Positions 19,363 through 29,339 are shown, counted from the first letter of the stretch. The stretch: 55,952 bases of DNA from Helicobacteraceae bacterium (GCA_027859195.1 JAQIBF010000171.1:1-55952), one strand, 5' to 3'. Made by a program: numbers and translations. Notes: generated by a model not told the origin, from the letters alone.

Positions 19363-20376
19363 ATGAACAAGTATATCGGAATCGATGTTGCTAAAGCAAC
19401 TTTACAAGTATATATCCCTAAAAGTCATACAGACCTAGAGTTCGAGAATAGTCCTGGTGGACTCAAGAAACTCTATGCCGTGCTAAAAAAACAATACCAA
19501 GATGAATACCCATCACTCATCTTTGTCTATGAACCCACTGGAAGCTACTCTACTTTGCTAGATCGTTTTAGTATGCAGCACTCTATTGACTGTTTCAAGG
19601 TCAAGCCTTCTCAAAGTGCCTCTTTTTCCAAGAGCTTAGACAATCGTAATAAAAGTGATAAGATCGATGCAAGGCTATTGCATAAAATGGGTGCTATTGC
19701 CAGACAAAAAAATATTGCTGTTCCTCACCTTGACGAAGATGCCCATTTCTTGCAGTCTCTTTACAAATACCTTCGTCGCATCGTCAAAGAGACTACTGCT
19801 CTTAGTAACTACTTAGAAGCATCTTTACTTCATCAAGAAGATCCTTTTATTATCAAGCGCCTTCGTTCTAAAATCAAGCGTCTTGAAACAGAAGAAAAAG
19901 AGATAACACAGAAAATCTTGACGTTCATCAAACAGAATAAAGCCTATAACAATGACTTTGAGAACATCACATCTATCAAGGGTGTTGGACCTGTTGCCGG
20001 TATCGCTCTCTTTTACCTCTTTTTACGTTACCCGGATATCTCTCGTAACAAACTCACGGCACTTTGCGGACTTGACCCTGTGACTAAGACTTCTGGCAGC
20101 TCCGTCAATAAAAAAGGTCACATCTCCAAGCAAGGGAACAAGATCATCAGGAGCACGCTCTTTATGCCTGTACTTTGTGCGACAACATTCAATCAAGAAC
20201 TCAAAACCTTTTATGAACATCTTAAACGCAATGGAAAGCACTCTACTGTCGCGCAAGTCGCTGTCATGAAAAAACTGATACTTTTAGCTTATTCTCTTTA
20301 TAAAAACAATCAAAAATATGACCCTCATAGATTTCTGAAATATCAACAGCTCAAGCAAGAAAACCTAATAATGTAA
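19363..20376 (+). CDS. IS110 family transposase/recombinase (DEDD RuvC-like + Tnp20 domain)
   Basis: YIGIDVAK, VYEPTG, NKSDKIDA (D-E-D-D), SIKGVG, GLDPVTKTSGSS (catalytic Ser), ISKQGN; GGAGG RBS. Confidence 0.95.
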   Translation: MNKYIGIDVAKATLQVYIPKSHTDLEFENSPGGLKKLYAVLKKQYQDEYPSLIFVYEPTGSYSTLLDRFSMQHSIDCFKVKPSQSASFSKSLDNRNKSDKIDARLLHKMGAIARQKNIAVPHLDEDAHFLQSLYKYLRRIVKETTALSNYLEASLLHQEDPFIIKRLRSKIKRLETEEKEITQKILTFIKQNKAYNNDFENITSIKGVGPVAGIALFYLFLRYPDISRNKLTALCGLDPVTKTSGSSVNKKGHISKQGNKIIRSTLFMPVLCATTFNQELKTFYEHLKRNGKHSTVAQVAVMKKLILLAYSLYKNNQKYDPHRFLKYQQLKQENLIM

Positions 20377-20412
20377 ATCCATCTATATTCAGACTTTTTA
20401 AAGGTGGAAACT

Positions 20413-20490
20413 TTTTGGTTTCGTTTTTTGCGGTGTAAAAAAGAAAGAGCAGTCGATAAAAGTCAAGAAATCAATTTAGTTTCAAACCCA
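20413..20490 (-). pseudogene. Degraded 5' part of the yceI-like gene right of the IS110
   Basis: Frame ...FTPQKTKPK joins SSPIDVHW once the IS is removed; upstream hydrophobic signal-like sequence is broken by stops/shifts. Confidence 0.45.
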
Positions 20491-20541
20491 TTTTTTCAAG
20501 AAAAATTACAATTAAGGTTTATTAACTACCAATTAAAAGAG

Positions 20542-21840
20542 CTATGTTTTACTATTGGTGACAATAGCAAAAGTAAGATCATTGATCTCCGTATGCTTCT
20601 TGATATAGGCATTTAGATCATCAAGTCCCAATACTTTGATCTTCTCAAGCTCTTTAAGGCTGGAACCCAGTTCCTGGCCTTTGTAGTACTCCTGAAAAGT
20701 ACGGGAAAGACGCTGAGAGAGAGTCTCGACGCGAAGCGGTTCAGAACCAAGCAGAAACTTTCTGGCCTGGTCAAGCTCAGCCTGCGTTACCCCCTCTTTT
20801 ACAAAAATAGAGATGACCTCTTTTACGGTTTCTTCAGCCTCTTTTTGAGACTCAAGTTTTGTCTGCAGGTAACCCGAAAAGTAGACATTAGAACGGGCTG
20901 CATTGACACGGGCATAAGCAGAATAAGCCAGACCGCGTTTGACACGGATCTCTTCCATCAAGCGACTGCCGAAACCGCCCATACCCAGAATGTAGGTCGC
21001 AACACGTGCTTTGTACTCATCTTCATCACCCACTTTGATGTTGTAGGGAGAGCCAAAGTAGACATAGGCCTGTTCAGTGTCACGCTCAAGTACCGTACGC
21101 TCACTCTTCTTAACCACCTCTACATATGGCAGAACACTCTCTTCACCTTTGGAAAGTGTTTTTAAAAGTGCCGTCGCTTTCTCTTTGGCTTCGGACATTG
21201 AAATGTCTCCACCGACTACGACCACTGCTTTTGAAAGCACAAGATGCTCTTTTAAGAAATGCTTGATGTCATATGATGTTAATCTTTTTACATCATCAAC
21301 CGTTCCATTAGAGGGGTGTTCCAGAAGAGTACCGTCAAACAACTCTGCTTTTAAGGCTCTATCCGCCACATAATCGTAATCATTCTCTTTACGGCTCAAA
21401 GCCCCTATTGTGACTGCTTTCACCTTGTCCAGTGTCTCTGTATCTAAATTTGGGTCTGTTAACAGATCTTCAAATTTTTCCAGCGCATAGTCAAAAGACT
21501 CTTTAAGTGAGGACAGTTCAATGACAAATGTTTCTGTACCGGCATGAGCACTTAAGTGAACTGCTTTCGCATCCAGCACTTTTGCGAAACCGATACTCCC
21601 CAGTTTGGACGTTCCTTCGTTCATCATTTTCGCACTCATCTTGGCCAGACCCGGTATCTTTTTATCTTCGATAGAACCGCTTTGTTTAAAGACCAGCTGC
21701 ATAGAGACCATTGGAAGACGGTTATCTTCTTCATGGATAAGAGGAACATTGACACCCTCGATAGTAATATAGTTTATACTCGAAGCCATAGAGATTCCTT
21801 GAATTAATAGTAGTAAAAATAGAATATTTTTGATGATCAT
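20542..21840 (-). CDS. M16 family (pitrilysin-like) peptidase, non-catalytic subunit type
   Basis: GGFGSRLMEEIRVKRGLAYS; HxxEH replaced (GLAKMSAKMMNEGT); signal peptide. Confidence 0.88.
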   Translation of the reverse strand: MIIKNILFLLLLIQGISMASSINYITIEGVNVPLIHEEDNRLPMVSMQLVFKQSGSIEDKKIPGLAKMSAKMMNEGTSKLGSIGFAKVLDAKAVHLSAHAGTETFVIELSSLKESFDYALEKFEDLLTDPNLDTETLDKVKAVTIGALSRKENDYDYVADRALKAELFDGTLLEHPSNGTVDDVKRLTSYDIKHFLKEHLVLSKAVVVVGGDISMSEAKEKATALLKTLSKGEESVLPYVEVVKKSERTVLERDTEQAYVYFGSPYNIKVGDEDEYKARVATYILGMGGFGSRLMEEIRVKRGLAYSAYARVNAARSNVYFSGYLQTKLESQKEAEETVKEVISIFVKEGVTQAELDQARKFLLGSEPLRVETLSQRLSRTFQEYYKGQELGSSLKELEKIKVLGLDDLNAYIKKHTEINDLTFAIVTNSKT

Positions 21841-21849
21841 CTGGATATG

Positions 21850-22899
21850 CTAAGCAAATATCTGCAGGGTGTCATATGCTGTGTTACGAATAGCCGGTGT
21901 CTCACCGATATCGGCAATCAGACGGACCATCTCATCTTTAGCCATTCTGAAGCCGGCACCCGCACTTCGAACGACATTCTCTTCCATCATCGTTGAGCCC
22001 AGATCGTTGGCACCGTATTTCAGTGCCATCTGGCCGATGTAAGGCCCTTGTGTGACCCATGAACTTTGGATGTTAGGGACATTGTCTAAAAAGAGACGCG
22101 AGACAGCAAGTAGACGTAAGTAGCGGTTAGAGGACGGTTTTTTAATATCAGGAAGCTCTTTCATCAACTGTGTGTTCTGTCCTTGGAACGACCACATGAT
22201 AAAAGCACGGAAACCGCCTGTCTCATCTTGAAGCTTGCGTACCATGTTCCAATGTTCAATGATCTCTTCGTCTGTCTCAACGGTACCGAACATCATCGTT
22301 GCTGTGGACTTAATACCCAGTTTATGAGCCTGACGGTGCACATCGATCCACACTTCTGAGTCATGTTTTTTAGGTGCAATAATATCACGGACACGGTCAC
22401 TCAGTATTTCGGCACCCGCACCAGGAATCGAAGAAAGTCCTTTAGCTTTAAGACGCGCCAACACTTCTTTGATCGTTATTTTAGAGATCTTTGCGATGTA
22501 ATCAAGTTCGATAGCCGAGAAGGCATGAATTGTGATCTGCGGATACTTATCATGAATGTGTCCGACAAGCTCTTCATAAAACTCAATTTTAAGTTTGGGG
22601 TGAACACCTCCTTGAAAAAGGATCTGTGTCCCGCCTATTTCAACGAGTTCATCGATCTTTTGGTCGATCTCATCATGCGTTAATATATACGCGTCATCCG
22701 CTTTAGCATGGCGATAAAAAGCACAAAAACCACAATCAACCCAACAGACATTAGTGTAATTGATGTTGCGATCAACGATGAATGTCGTCAGCCCGTCAGG
22801 GTGCAACTCTTTCTTTCTTGCGGATGCCATCTTGCCAAGTTCTAACAACTCAGCATTTTGAATAAGGTCTAACGCCTCTTCGCTTGTCATTCTACTCAC
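21850..22899 (-). CDS. mqnC: Dehypoxanthine futalosine cyclase (radical SAM)
   Basis: DRNINYTNVCWVDCGFCAF, PGAGAEIL, NIQSSWVTQG, GSTMMEENVV. Confidence 0.93.
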   Translation of the reverse strand: MSRMTSEEALDLIQNAELLELGKMASARKKELHPDGLTTFIVDRNINYTNVCWVDCGFCAFYRHAKADDAYILTHDEIDQKIDELVEIGGTQILFQGGVHPKLKIEFYEELVGHIHDKYPQITIHAFSAIELDYIAKISKITIKEVLARLKAKGLSSIPGAGAEILSDRVRDIIAPKKHDSEVWIDVHRQAHKLGIKSTATMMFGTVETDEEIIEHWNMVRKLQDETGGFRAFIMWSFQGQNTQLMKELPDIKKPSSNRYLRLLAVSRLFLDNVPNIQSSWVTQGPYIGQMALKYGANDLGSTMMEENVVRSAGAGFRMAKDEMVRLIADIGETPAIRNTAYDTLQIFA

Positions 22900-22901
22900 T
22901 G

Positions 22902-23333
22902 TTAACGTCCCGCCTCTGTTGTAATATTGTCTAGTATAAAATCCATCTTGTTGAGCAGTTTTTGACTAGTAAGATTGTGCTCGGCATTCAACCAGGCACC
23001 GTCTCTATATGCGATCTTAGTATTGAGTTCTTTATCTTCAAATACAAGGATACGGATAGGAAGGTCTAGACCGACCTCCATCTTCTCTTGCATAAGCATT
23101 GTCCCCATCTTTGGATTGCCAAAAATGATCTCTTTTGAAGGCGGCAATTTCATACGTACTTTAGTAGCACCGGCTTGATGGTCTACAACCGCAAAAACAG
23201 TAAACCCTTTTTTACTGACGATGTTTTGAAGTTTATTCATTGTTGCTTCAACACTTTTATTGGAACTTTTAAGAATAATGTCATTAGCAAATAGCCCTAC
23301 TGCCAATGCCAGGATAAAGACTAGTTTACTCAT
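22902..23333 (-). CDS. DUF302 family periplasmic protein
   Basis: VFAVVDH, IFGNPKMGT.LMQ, GLDLPIRILV. Confidence 0.85.
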   Translation of the reverse strand: MSKLVFILALAVGLFANDIILKSSNKSVEATMNKLQNIVSKKGFTVFAVVDHQAGATKVRMKLPPSKEIIFGNPKMGTMLMQEKMEVGLDLPIRILVFEDKELNTKIAYRDGAWLNAEHNLTSQKLLNKMDFILDNITTEAGR

Positions 23334-25714
23334 TTCCATCTCCTTGAATTTTTACGTTTAAAAAATAATCTGTATATGATATAACTACCAAGCACAACTC
23401 CAACTAAGACTTGCAGCCAAGCTCCGATAAGTAAGAGTTTGTTTAAGATAGAGCCGTGCTCTTTTTTATCGATCTCGAGACCGGCCATCTTCGTTATATG
23501 CACCAATGCTGACACTGCAAGATCACCGTCAGGCATGTTTTTGTGACACGCAAGACACATCCCTTCGCGATCCGTTTTGGAACGCTGCTCGGCATTAAGT
23601 GGAGCCGAAAGCTTCCAGTGGTGTCCCACCGTCTGTAACTGGGTGCCGTTCTCATCTATAAAACGGGAGTAGTCGTTTTTCAAATTGGCAATACGCGGGA
23701 TCTGTTGATCCACTTTAGTCGGAAGAACACGGCCATCTGCTGTCATAAGGTCAACGATAGTATCTTTACTCGGGTCACCGTTAAGTTTGCCGCCGCCTAT
23801 ACCTAGACCTAGTGCCTTTGCAGAGGTATGACAAGACTCGCATGTACGTGACTCTTTAGAGATGGTGTGGGGCTGAACGGCTGACATATCAATGGCATTT
23901 TGTCCCTCTTCACCCGCACCTTCTGCGTTAGGGATTTTAAAGATATGGTTTTGCAACAGTGCTTTTCCATCTTTTCCAATAACGGTGATCGTCGTTTGAC
24001 AACCCGGTATAGTTGGCGAAATACGTCCTTCACCATTTTGTGAAAGTGCCGGGTCTTCCCAACGCATAAATGAGCGCGTTTCGGTTACTTGACCATCAAC
24101 AAGGTACTTTTGAAGAGAGCGCATACCGCCTGTTGTACCATGGAGATCCTGGTCATGCGAAGCCGCTAAAAAGTCGGGGTTCTGCTTACCGCCGGAGTAG
24201 TCTATCTTGACATGACAACCATAACATTGCGGGGCCCAAGTCGCATGACAGGTGTAACATTCCAACTCATCCGTATGGGCCTTTATCTGGTCCATAGCAA
24301 CAAGTCCCTCACGTGTTAGTTTATTATCTTCTTTGAGTTTTTTCAGTGGGGTGAGTTCAAGATCCTTGCCGGAGGCAAGGTGCATCATGATCTTGTCTCC
24401 TTGGCGTACGGCCTTAGTGATAGGGTTACCGCGGGCACTTAAGATAAACCCTTCCGGTGCTTCAGGGATAGAACCCATCTTGAGATACTCGGCCACTGTT
24501 TTTGTTGTACCGCGCGGTTCGCCGGATTTGGCCGTATCGTTAAACTCATCGGAGTAACCGAGAGGAAGTTCCCAAGGATAAGCGGATGTAGTACCGTGAC
24601 AATCCTGGCACTCTATCTCCACCGCGCCCAGGTTCGCGCCGCTTAAAAAACCGTCCCCGTGCATGTCATTAGAGGTGTGACAATCTTGACACAACATCCC
24701 TTTTTGATAGTGGATATCCTCTTGCATATGGAGGTAACGTTTGGTGTGCAGTTCCGGTTGACCACTGCCCTCTTCATCAAAGGTTGCCTGGTACTCAGTC
24801 TCCATCAACCCTTGGTAAGAGACCCCGATACGTTTACCGCGGTTATGGCAAGTCGAACAGGTCTCAACCGGTACGCCTGAATACTCAATATCATGGACTT
24901 TGACTTTTACATCGCGTGATGACTGGATGGAGTGAACAAGAAGATGTCCCGCGGTTTTGGGGATCTGTTTATCGCCCCCTTCGTAAAAACCGCTGTTGGA
25001 GTAAGGAATATGACATGAGGCGCAACCGATTCCTCTGAAATCACCCCGCTTAGACCGTCCCTTGGAACCGGTGTGGCAACGCAGGCACTCCTGGCGCAAA
25101 TAGGTATAAACTGCGAGAGAAGGGTCTTTTTGTATCTCTTCTGCTGTCGGAGCTTCGGGCAGTTCTGTCATCTCTGAAGGAAAGCCCTGCGGCTCCAGCG
25201 CTGAAAGTTCAGACATATACTTTTGGTAGATGTCTGTTCCTAAACGGTTATGCGGATCTTCTGGGTTTTTGGTCTCATACGTTCCAACATTATGGTTGTA
25301 CCCCTCTTTTGCACCAAAACTCCACAGGGCACCTTGGATCTTACCCTGTTCCGTCATCATCAGAGAGTTCATCTGCGCATCGATCTGCTCTTGGTGACAC
25401 ATACCGCAGGTGTTCTGGTTGATCCAGGTACTGCCCGGTGCCGGGTAGTACTCTTTAGGACCCTTGTTCTCTAAAAAATAGTCTACTGTACCCTTGTGTG
25501 CACGCTTTTTGACCATTGTCGTCGGGTTGCCCCCATGACAGACAATACAGTCGTTACCTGTATGTCCAGCTTTTTCAGCGATTTTGTAGATCTCTTCCAT
25601 CATCTTGGAATTCGGGTCGCGGATCTCTTCAATACCCTCATGACATTTTAAACAGTTGTTAGCACCATAAAGTGCCGAAATCGTCAAAAGTATTACAAGG
25701 AGTATTCTAAACAT
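23330..25714 (-). CDS. Dodecaheme cytochrome c with signal peptide and C-terminal membrane anchor
   Basis: 12 CxxCH motifs counted; N-terminal signal; C-terminal TM followed by a basic tail. Confidence 0.9.
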   Translation of the reverse strand: MFRILLVILLTISALYGANNCLKCHEGIEEIRDPNSKMMEEIYKIAEKAGHTGNDCIVCHGGNPTTMVKKRAHKGTVDYFLENKGPKEYYPAPGSTWINQNTCGMCHQEQIDAQMNSLMMTEQGKIQGALWSFGAKEGYNHNVGTYETKNPEDPHNRLGTDIYQKYMSELSALEPQGFPSEMTELPEAPTAEEIQKDPSLAVYTYLRQECLRCHTGSKGRSKRGDFRGIGCASCHIPYSNSGFYEGGDKQIPKTAGHLLVHSIQSSRDVKVKVHDIEYSGVPVETCSTCHNRGKRIGVSYQGLMETEYQATFDEEGSGQPELHTKRYLHMQEDIHYQKGMLCQDCHTSNDMHGDGFLSGANLGAVEIECQDCHGTTSAYPWELPLGYSDEFNDTAKSGEPRGTTKTVAEYLKMGSIPEAPEGFILSARGNPITKAVRQGDKIMMHLASGKDLELTPLKKLKEDNKLTREGLVAMDQIKAHTDELECYTCHATWAPQCYGCHVKIDYSGGKQNPDFLAASHDQDLHGTTGGMRSLQKYLVDGQVTETRSFMRWEDPALSQNGEGRISPTIPGCQTTITVIGKDGKALLQNHIFKIPNAEGAGEEGQNAIDMSAVQPHTISKESRTCESCHTSAKALGLGIGGGKLNGDPSKDTIVDLMTADGRVLPTKVDQQIPRIANLKNDYSRFIDENGTQLQTVGHHWKLSAPLNAEQRSKTDREGMCLACHKNMPDGDLAVSALVHITKMAGLEIDKKEHGSILNKLLLIGAWLQVLVGVVLGSYIIYRLFFKRKNSRRWK

Positions 25715-26112
25715 TACTTGTCTTTAGAAATTGCGTCGAGTACACCATTAATAAATTTAGGAGACTGTTCTGTTCCAAAGGCTTTAGAAACTTCAATAGC
25801 TTCATTGATCACAACGGCAGAGTCAAGCTCAGAGTGCATGATCTCATACGCGCCTAGACGCAGTGTGGCACGTTCAACTGAACCAAGACGTTCGAAATCC
25901 CAATCTTTCAAGTGCTTCACGATCGCGGCATCGACCGCTTCAAGGTTCTCCATAACACCGCGAAAAAGTTCGAGAGCAAACTCTTTTTGTTTGTTACGGA
26001 TCTTTTTGTCTTCTAAGATCTCATCGGTATAATCGGCAATGCTTTTGTTACCCAAGTCATATGCATACAGTAGACTTACAACGGCCATTCTGGCGTGGTG
26101 ACGAGTTGCCAT
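25714..26112 (-). CDS. nusB: Transcription antitermination factor NusB
   Basis: [24 protein letters not shown]. Confidence 0.95.
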   Translation of the reverse strand: MATRHHARMAVVSLLYAYDLGNKSIADYTDEILEDKKIRNKQKEFALELFRGVMENLEAVDAAIVKHLKDWDFERLGSVERATLRLGAYEIMHSELDSAVVINEAIEVSKAFGTEQSPKFINGVLDAISKDK

Positions 26113-26582
26113 TATGCCTCCATCGCTTCATAGAGGTCAAGCATCTCGATGACAACTGTCATCGCTTCAAAACCTTTGTTGCCCGCTTTCGTTCCGGCGC
26201 GTTCAATTGCCTGCTCGATGGTGTCTGTCGTCAGTAGTCCGAAAGAGACCGGCTTAGCGTATTTCAGAGACATCATGGCGATCCCTTTTGTTGCCTCTGC
26301 AGAGACATAGTCAAAGTGTGGTGTCGAACCACGGATAACAGCACCTAGTGCACAGATAGCATCATATTTGCCGCTGGCAAGGAGACGGTCAATCACCATT
26401 GGCAGTTCAAATGCCCCCGGAACCAAGACATGATCCAGGTCTTCCGTATTACCGCCGTGACGGTCAAAAGCGTCTTTTGAACCCTCGACCAATCTATCCA
26501 CAATGAAGTGGTTCCAACGTGTACTTACAATAGCAATTTTCTTGCCATTAATAACTTTTAATTTACCTTCGATTAAACTCAT
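26112..26582 (-). CDS. ribH: 6,7-dimethyl-8-ribityllumazine synthase
   Basis: [32 protein letters not shown]. Confidence 0.96.
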   Translation of the reverse strand: MSLIEGKLKVINGKKIAIVSTRWNHFIVDRLVEGSKDAFDRHGGNTEDLDHVLVPGAFELPMVIDRLLASGKYDAICALGAVIRGSTPHFDYVSAEATKGIAMMSLKYAKPVSFGLLTTDTIEQAIERAGTKAGNKGFEAMTVVIEMLDLYEAMEA

Positions 26583-27385
26583 TTTGATCCTTTTACTGTT
26601 TCTTGAATTGCTAAGATTATCTCTGTCGTTTTGTATAGATCTTCTAATTTTAACATATTGGGTCCATCACTGAGTGCGCAGCTTGGGTCGATATGGGTCT
26701 CAAAAAAGAAACCGTCAACACCTACAGCCGCTGCAGCACGTGAAAGATGCGGCACCATCGAGCTGTCACCCGAAGTGGTGCCACCTCCTCCGCCCGGCAT
26801 CTGTACAGAGTGTGTTGCGTCAAAGACCACCGGCGCATACTCACGCATGATGACCAGAGAACGCATGTCGACAACCAGGTTGCCGTAACCAAAGCTTGAA
26901 CCGCGCTCCGTTAAAAGAACACCGTTATCTTTGGCATTTTGGTAAGAGACCTCATCACAGCCTCGTGTTTTAAGCACTTTCAAAACCGAATATTTCATAT
27001 CAATAGGGTTCATAAACTGCCCTTTTTTGATATTGACGATTCTGTCCGTTTTAGCCGCGGCCACAAGCAGGTCGGTCTGACGGCATAAAAAAGCAGGTAT
27101 CTGCAGGATATCTGCCACTTCAGCAACAGGTGCGACCTGATACGACTCATGGATGTCGGTGACGATCTTGTAACCAAAATCGTCTTTGACCTTTTGTAAA
27201 ATACGCAAGCCCTCTTCAAGACCCGGTCCACGGTAGCTCTCTAACGAGGTACGGTTTGCCTTGTCAAAACTGGCTTTAAAATAAAAATCGATACGTTCAT
27301 CTTCTTGATAACGTTCGAGTTTTTTAGCGATATCAAAGATATTTTTTTCGCTCTCGATGACACAAGGTCCTGACATCAAGATCAT
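26579..27385 (-). CDS. kdsA: KDO-8-phosphate synthase
   Basis: [39 protein letters not shown]. Confidence 0.96.
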   Translation of the reverse strand: MILMSGPCVIESEKNIFDIAKKLERYQEDERIDFYFKASFDKANRTSLESYRGPGLEEGLRILQKVKDDFGYKIVTDIHESYQVAPVAEVADILQIPAFLCRQTDLLVAAAKTDRIVNIKKGQFMNPIDMKYSVLKVLKTRGCDEVSYQNAKDNGVLLTERGSSFGYGNLVVDMRSLVIMREYAPVVFDATHSVQMPGGGGGTTSGDSSMVPHLSRAAAAVGVDGFFFETHIDPSCALSDGPNMLKLEDLYKTTEIILAIQETVKGSK

Positions 27386-27591
27386 TTTTTATACCCTGCA
27401 GCTTTGTCAAACTCGTCAGCCGCTTTGTCCAGCTCACCCGACACTGTTATCCCAGAATTATGGGCATAAATAAAATAACCGCCTATGGCAAGTAAAAGAA
27501 CCATCGTTAGTATACGATTCGTTCGATATGCCATGAAAGCAAGTATGCCGATCAATAACAACCCACCATAATACATTGTATTTGCATCCAT
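27382..27591 (-). CDS. Small hypothetical membrane protein (2 TM)
   Basis: 69-aa ORF coupled to kdsA by ATGA overlap. Confidence 0.65.
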   Translation of the reverse strand: MDANTMYYGGLLLIGILAFMAYRTNRILTMVLLLAIGGYFIYAHNSGITVSGELDKAADEFDKAAGYKK

Positions 27592-27602
27592 AAGATCATC
27601 TC

Positions 27603-28490
27603 CTATTTTTTGACAACGAGAATCCCGCTGATAATGATTAAGATTATACCAAAGAGTGTTATAAAGTCAGGTAGTGCATCGCCAAGGAGCAGTCCTACCC
27701 CTATAGAAAAGACAATATTGGTATAGCTCACTGCCCCGACGATACCCGCTTGTGACTCGCCGTACGCCTTGGTCATGTAAAGTTGTGCAAACGTCGCAAA
27801 AAGCCCCATCCCAGCGACGTAGAACCAGACAATACCACTCGGCATGACAAAGGCACCCAACATAAAATCCAGTTCAGGTGCCTCAACATAGGGCGAAATC
27901 AACAGTAAAAGCAGTGGTCCGACAGTACCGACAGTCATAAAGGAGAGCACAATCGCCCGCGTATCATAATACTTTTTCAGTTCACGGACAGAGGTGTAGG
28001 CTAAGGCCGCACCTATACCGCTGAAGATACCGAGCAGATCAGTTTTCGAGAACATCAGTCCACTCGGCTGCGTAATAAAAACGATCCCGACAAAACCGAT
28101 TAAAATCGCAAGCCAGCCTATTTTAGGCAGTTTCTCCTGTAAAAACAGCCACGCAAAGATCGCAGTAAAAATGGGGGAAGTCTTAGAAAAGGTCATCGCG
28201 TCGCCAAGGGAGATGTGCGCGATATTATAGAAAAATGCCAAGAGTGCCACGAAGCCCATAAATCCCCTGAAAAAGAGCAAAAAAGGTCTCCCTCCGACAT
28301 GCTTCATCGGTTTTCGTATAACAGCAAAACCGACGAGAGCCACACCAAACACATTTCGGAAAAAAACCACTTCCAGTGAGCTCATAGAGTCACTGGTCAG
28401 TTTTGCAAATGCCCCCATCACGGCAAAGAAAAAAGAGGCCAGAAGCATATAGAGCACGCCTCGGTCAAGTTTGGAAATATAGTGTTTCAA
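27603..28490 (-). CDS. DMT/EamA family transporter
   Basis: About 10 TM helices; EVVFFRN, SPIF.A.FAW.FL.EK. Confidence 0.9.
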   Translation of the reverse strand: MKHYISKLDRGVLYMLLASFFFAVMGAFAKLTSDSMSSLEVVFFRNVFGVALVGFAVIRKPMKHVGGRPFLLFFRGFMGFVALLAFFYNIAHISLGDAMTFSKTSPIFTAIFAWLFLQEKLPKIGWLAILIGFVGIVFITQPSGLMFSKTDLLGIFSGIGAALAYTSVRELKKYYDTRAIVLSFMTVGTVGPLLLLLISPYVEAPELDFMLGAFVMPSGIVWFYVAGMGLFATFAQLYMTKAYGESQAGIVGAVSYTNIVFSIGVGLLLGDALPDFITLFGIILIIISGILVVKK

Positions 28491-28568
28491 AAAGGCCCTT
28501 TTTTCTTGGAATCTTATCAGCTAAGATGTTATAGACTAGTTAGAATCATATGTAAAAAGGTGGACACT

Positions 28569-29339
28569 ATGCTTCGAATAATCATTCTTACTCTTTTTTC
28601 GCTTTCGCTCTACGCTATCGGCTATCCGGCACTTTACGGCAAACTGGCCGGCCCGCTTTTTGAAGCACGGGTACAACTTGATGATCTTGTCTACCACCCC
28701 TCCCTGCGTCATCAGGTACTGGCTTACGAAGCCCATAGTGACAGAGTCCTGGGACGATACCGCCGCGTCAAAGACGACAGCGATCCGGCAATCAAGGCCA
28801 ACTACTCCCTTGCTCTTCTTGCGCTGCAAAAAAACCATCAAGAGTTAAAAAAGTTTTTACAGCAACAATTGGCACACGCCATCGAAGCCGACAACTACCT
28901 GCTTTTTTTGGCTATCGTCGATACTAAAATCGAAGAGGCGTATCAAAACCCCTACCTCAGAGAAAAGATCTACACCTACTACAATGCCCATCGCCACGAG
29001 AACAGTTCATGTTATCTTGACCATCGCATCGAGCAGGAGTGGGACAATATAGCAACCTACTGCCCGTCAAAAGACCTTGTCAACTATGAAGAGACTTCAA
29101 ATGCCTACTACCGTGAAGTGATACTGCTGAGTACGCTGCGTTCACCTTACAGTGCAAAAGTGAGGGCCTTTTTAAAAAGAAACCGCGTCAAGTTCATTGA
29201 GTATGACATTGAGACCAGTGATGAAGGTAAAGATGTGTTTGAACAGTATAAAGGTACGCGCGTGCCTTTAGTCGTTATCAACAATAGAGTGGTCGAAGGC
29301 TACAATGAGTTTGAGATGGACAGACTGCTGCGACATTAA
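28569..29339 (+). CDS. Exported protein with C-terminal glutaredoxin-like domain (CxxC replaced by SPYS)
   Basis: Signal peptide; STLRSPYSAKVRAFL...YDIE...VPLVVIN....GY glutaredoxin pattern. Confidence 0.7.
   Translation: MLRIIILTLFSLSLYAIGYPALYGKLAGPLFEARVQLDDLVYHPSLRHQVLAYEAHSDRVLGRYRRVKDDSDPAIKANYSLALLALQKNHQELKKFLQQQLAHAIEADNYLLFLAIVDTKIEEAYQNPYLREKIYTYYNAHRHENSSCYLDHRIEQEWDNIATYCPSKDLVNYEETSNAYYREVILLSTLRSPYSAKVRAFLKRNRVKFIEYDIETSDEGKDVFEQYKGTRVPLVVINNRVVEGYNEFEMDRLLRH

Larger units (their letters stand above)
19104..20412 (+). mobile_element. IS110-family insertion sequence (element 19106-20410, CT core at 19104-19105 and 20411-20412, no terminal inverted repeats)
   Basis: IS110 transposase; ends defined by bridge-RNA guide matches; removing the element plus one CT restores an open yceI-like frame across the junction. 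Confidence 0.9.

Noticed and set aside
20377-20384. atccatCT right after the transposase stop as the right end
   Set aside because: It matches no donor-loop strand; GTGGAAA-CT at 20404-20412 does, and that end restores the target frame.
20542-21840. Loss of HxxEH in the M16 peptidase
   Set aside because: Common for the non-catalytic M16 subunit, so not unusual.
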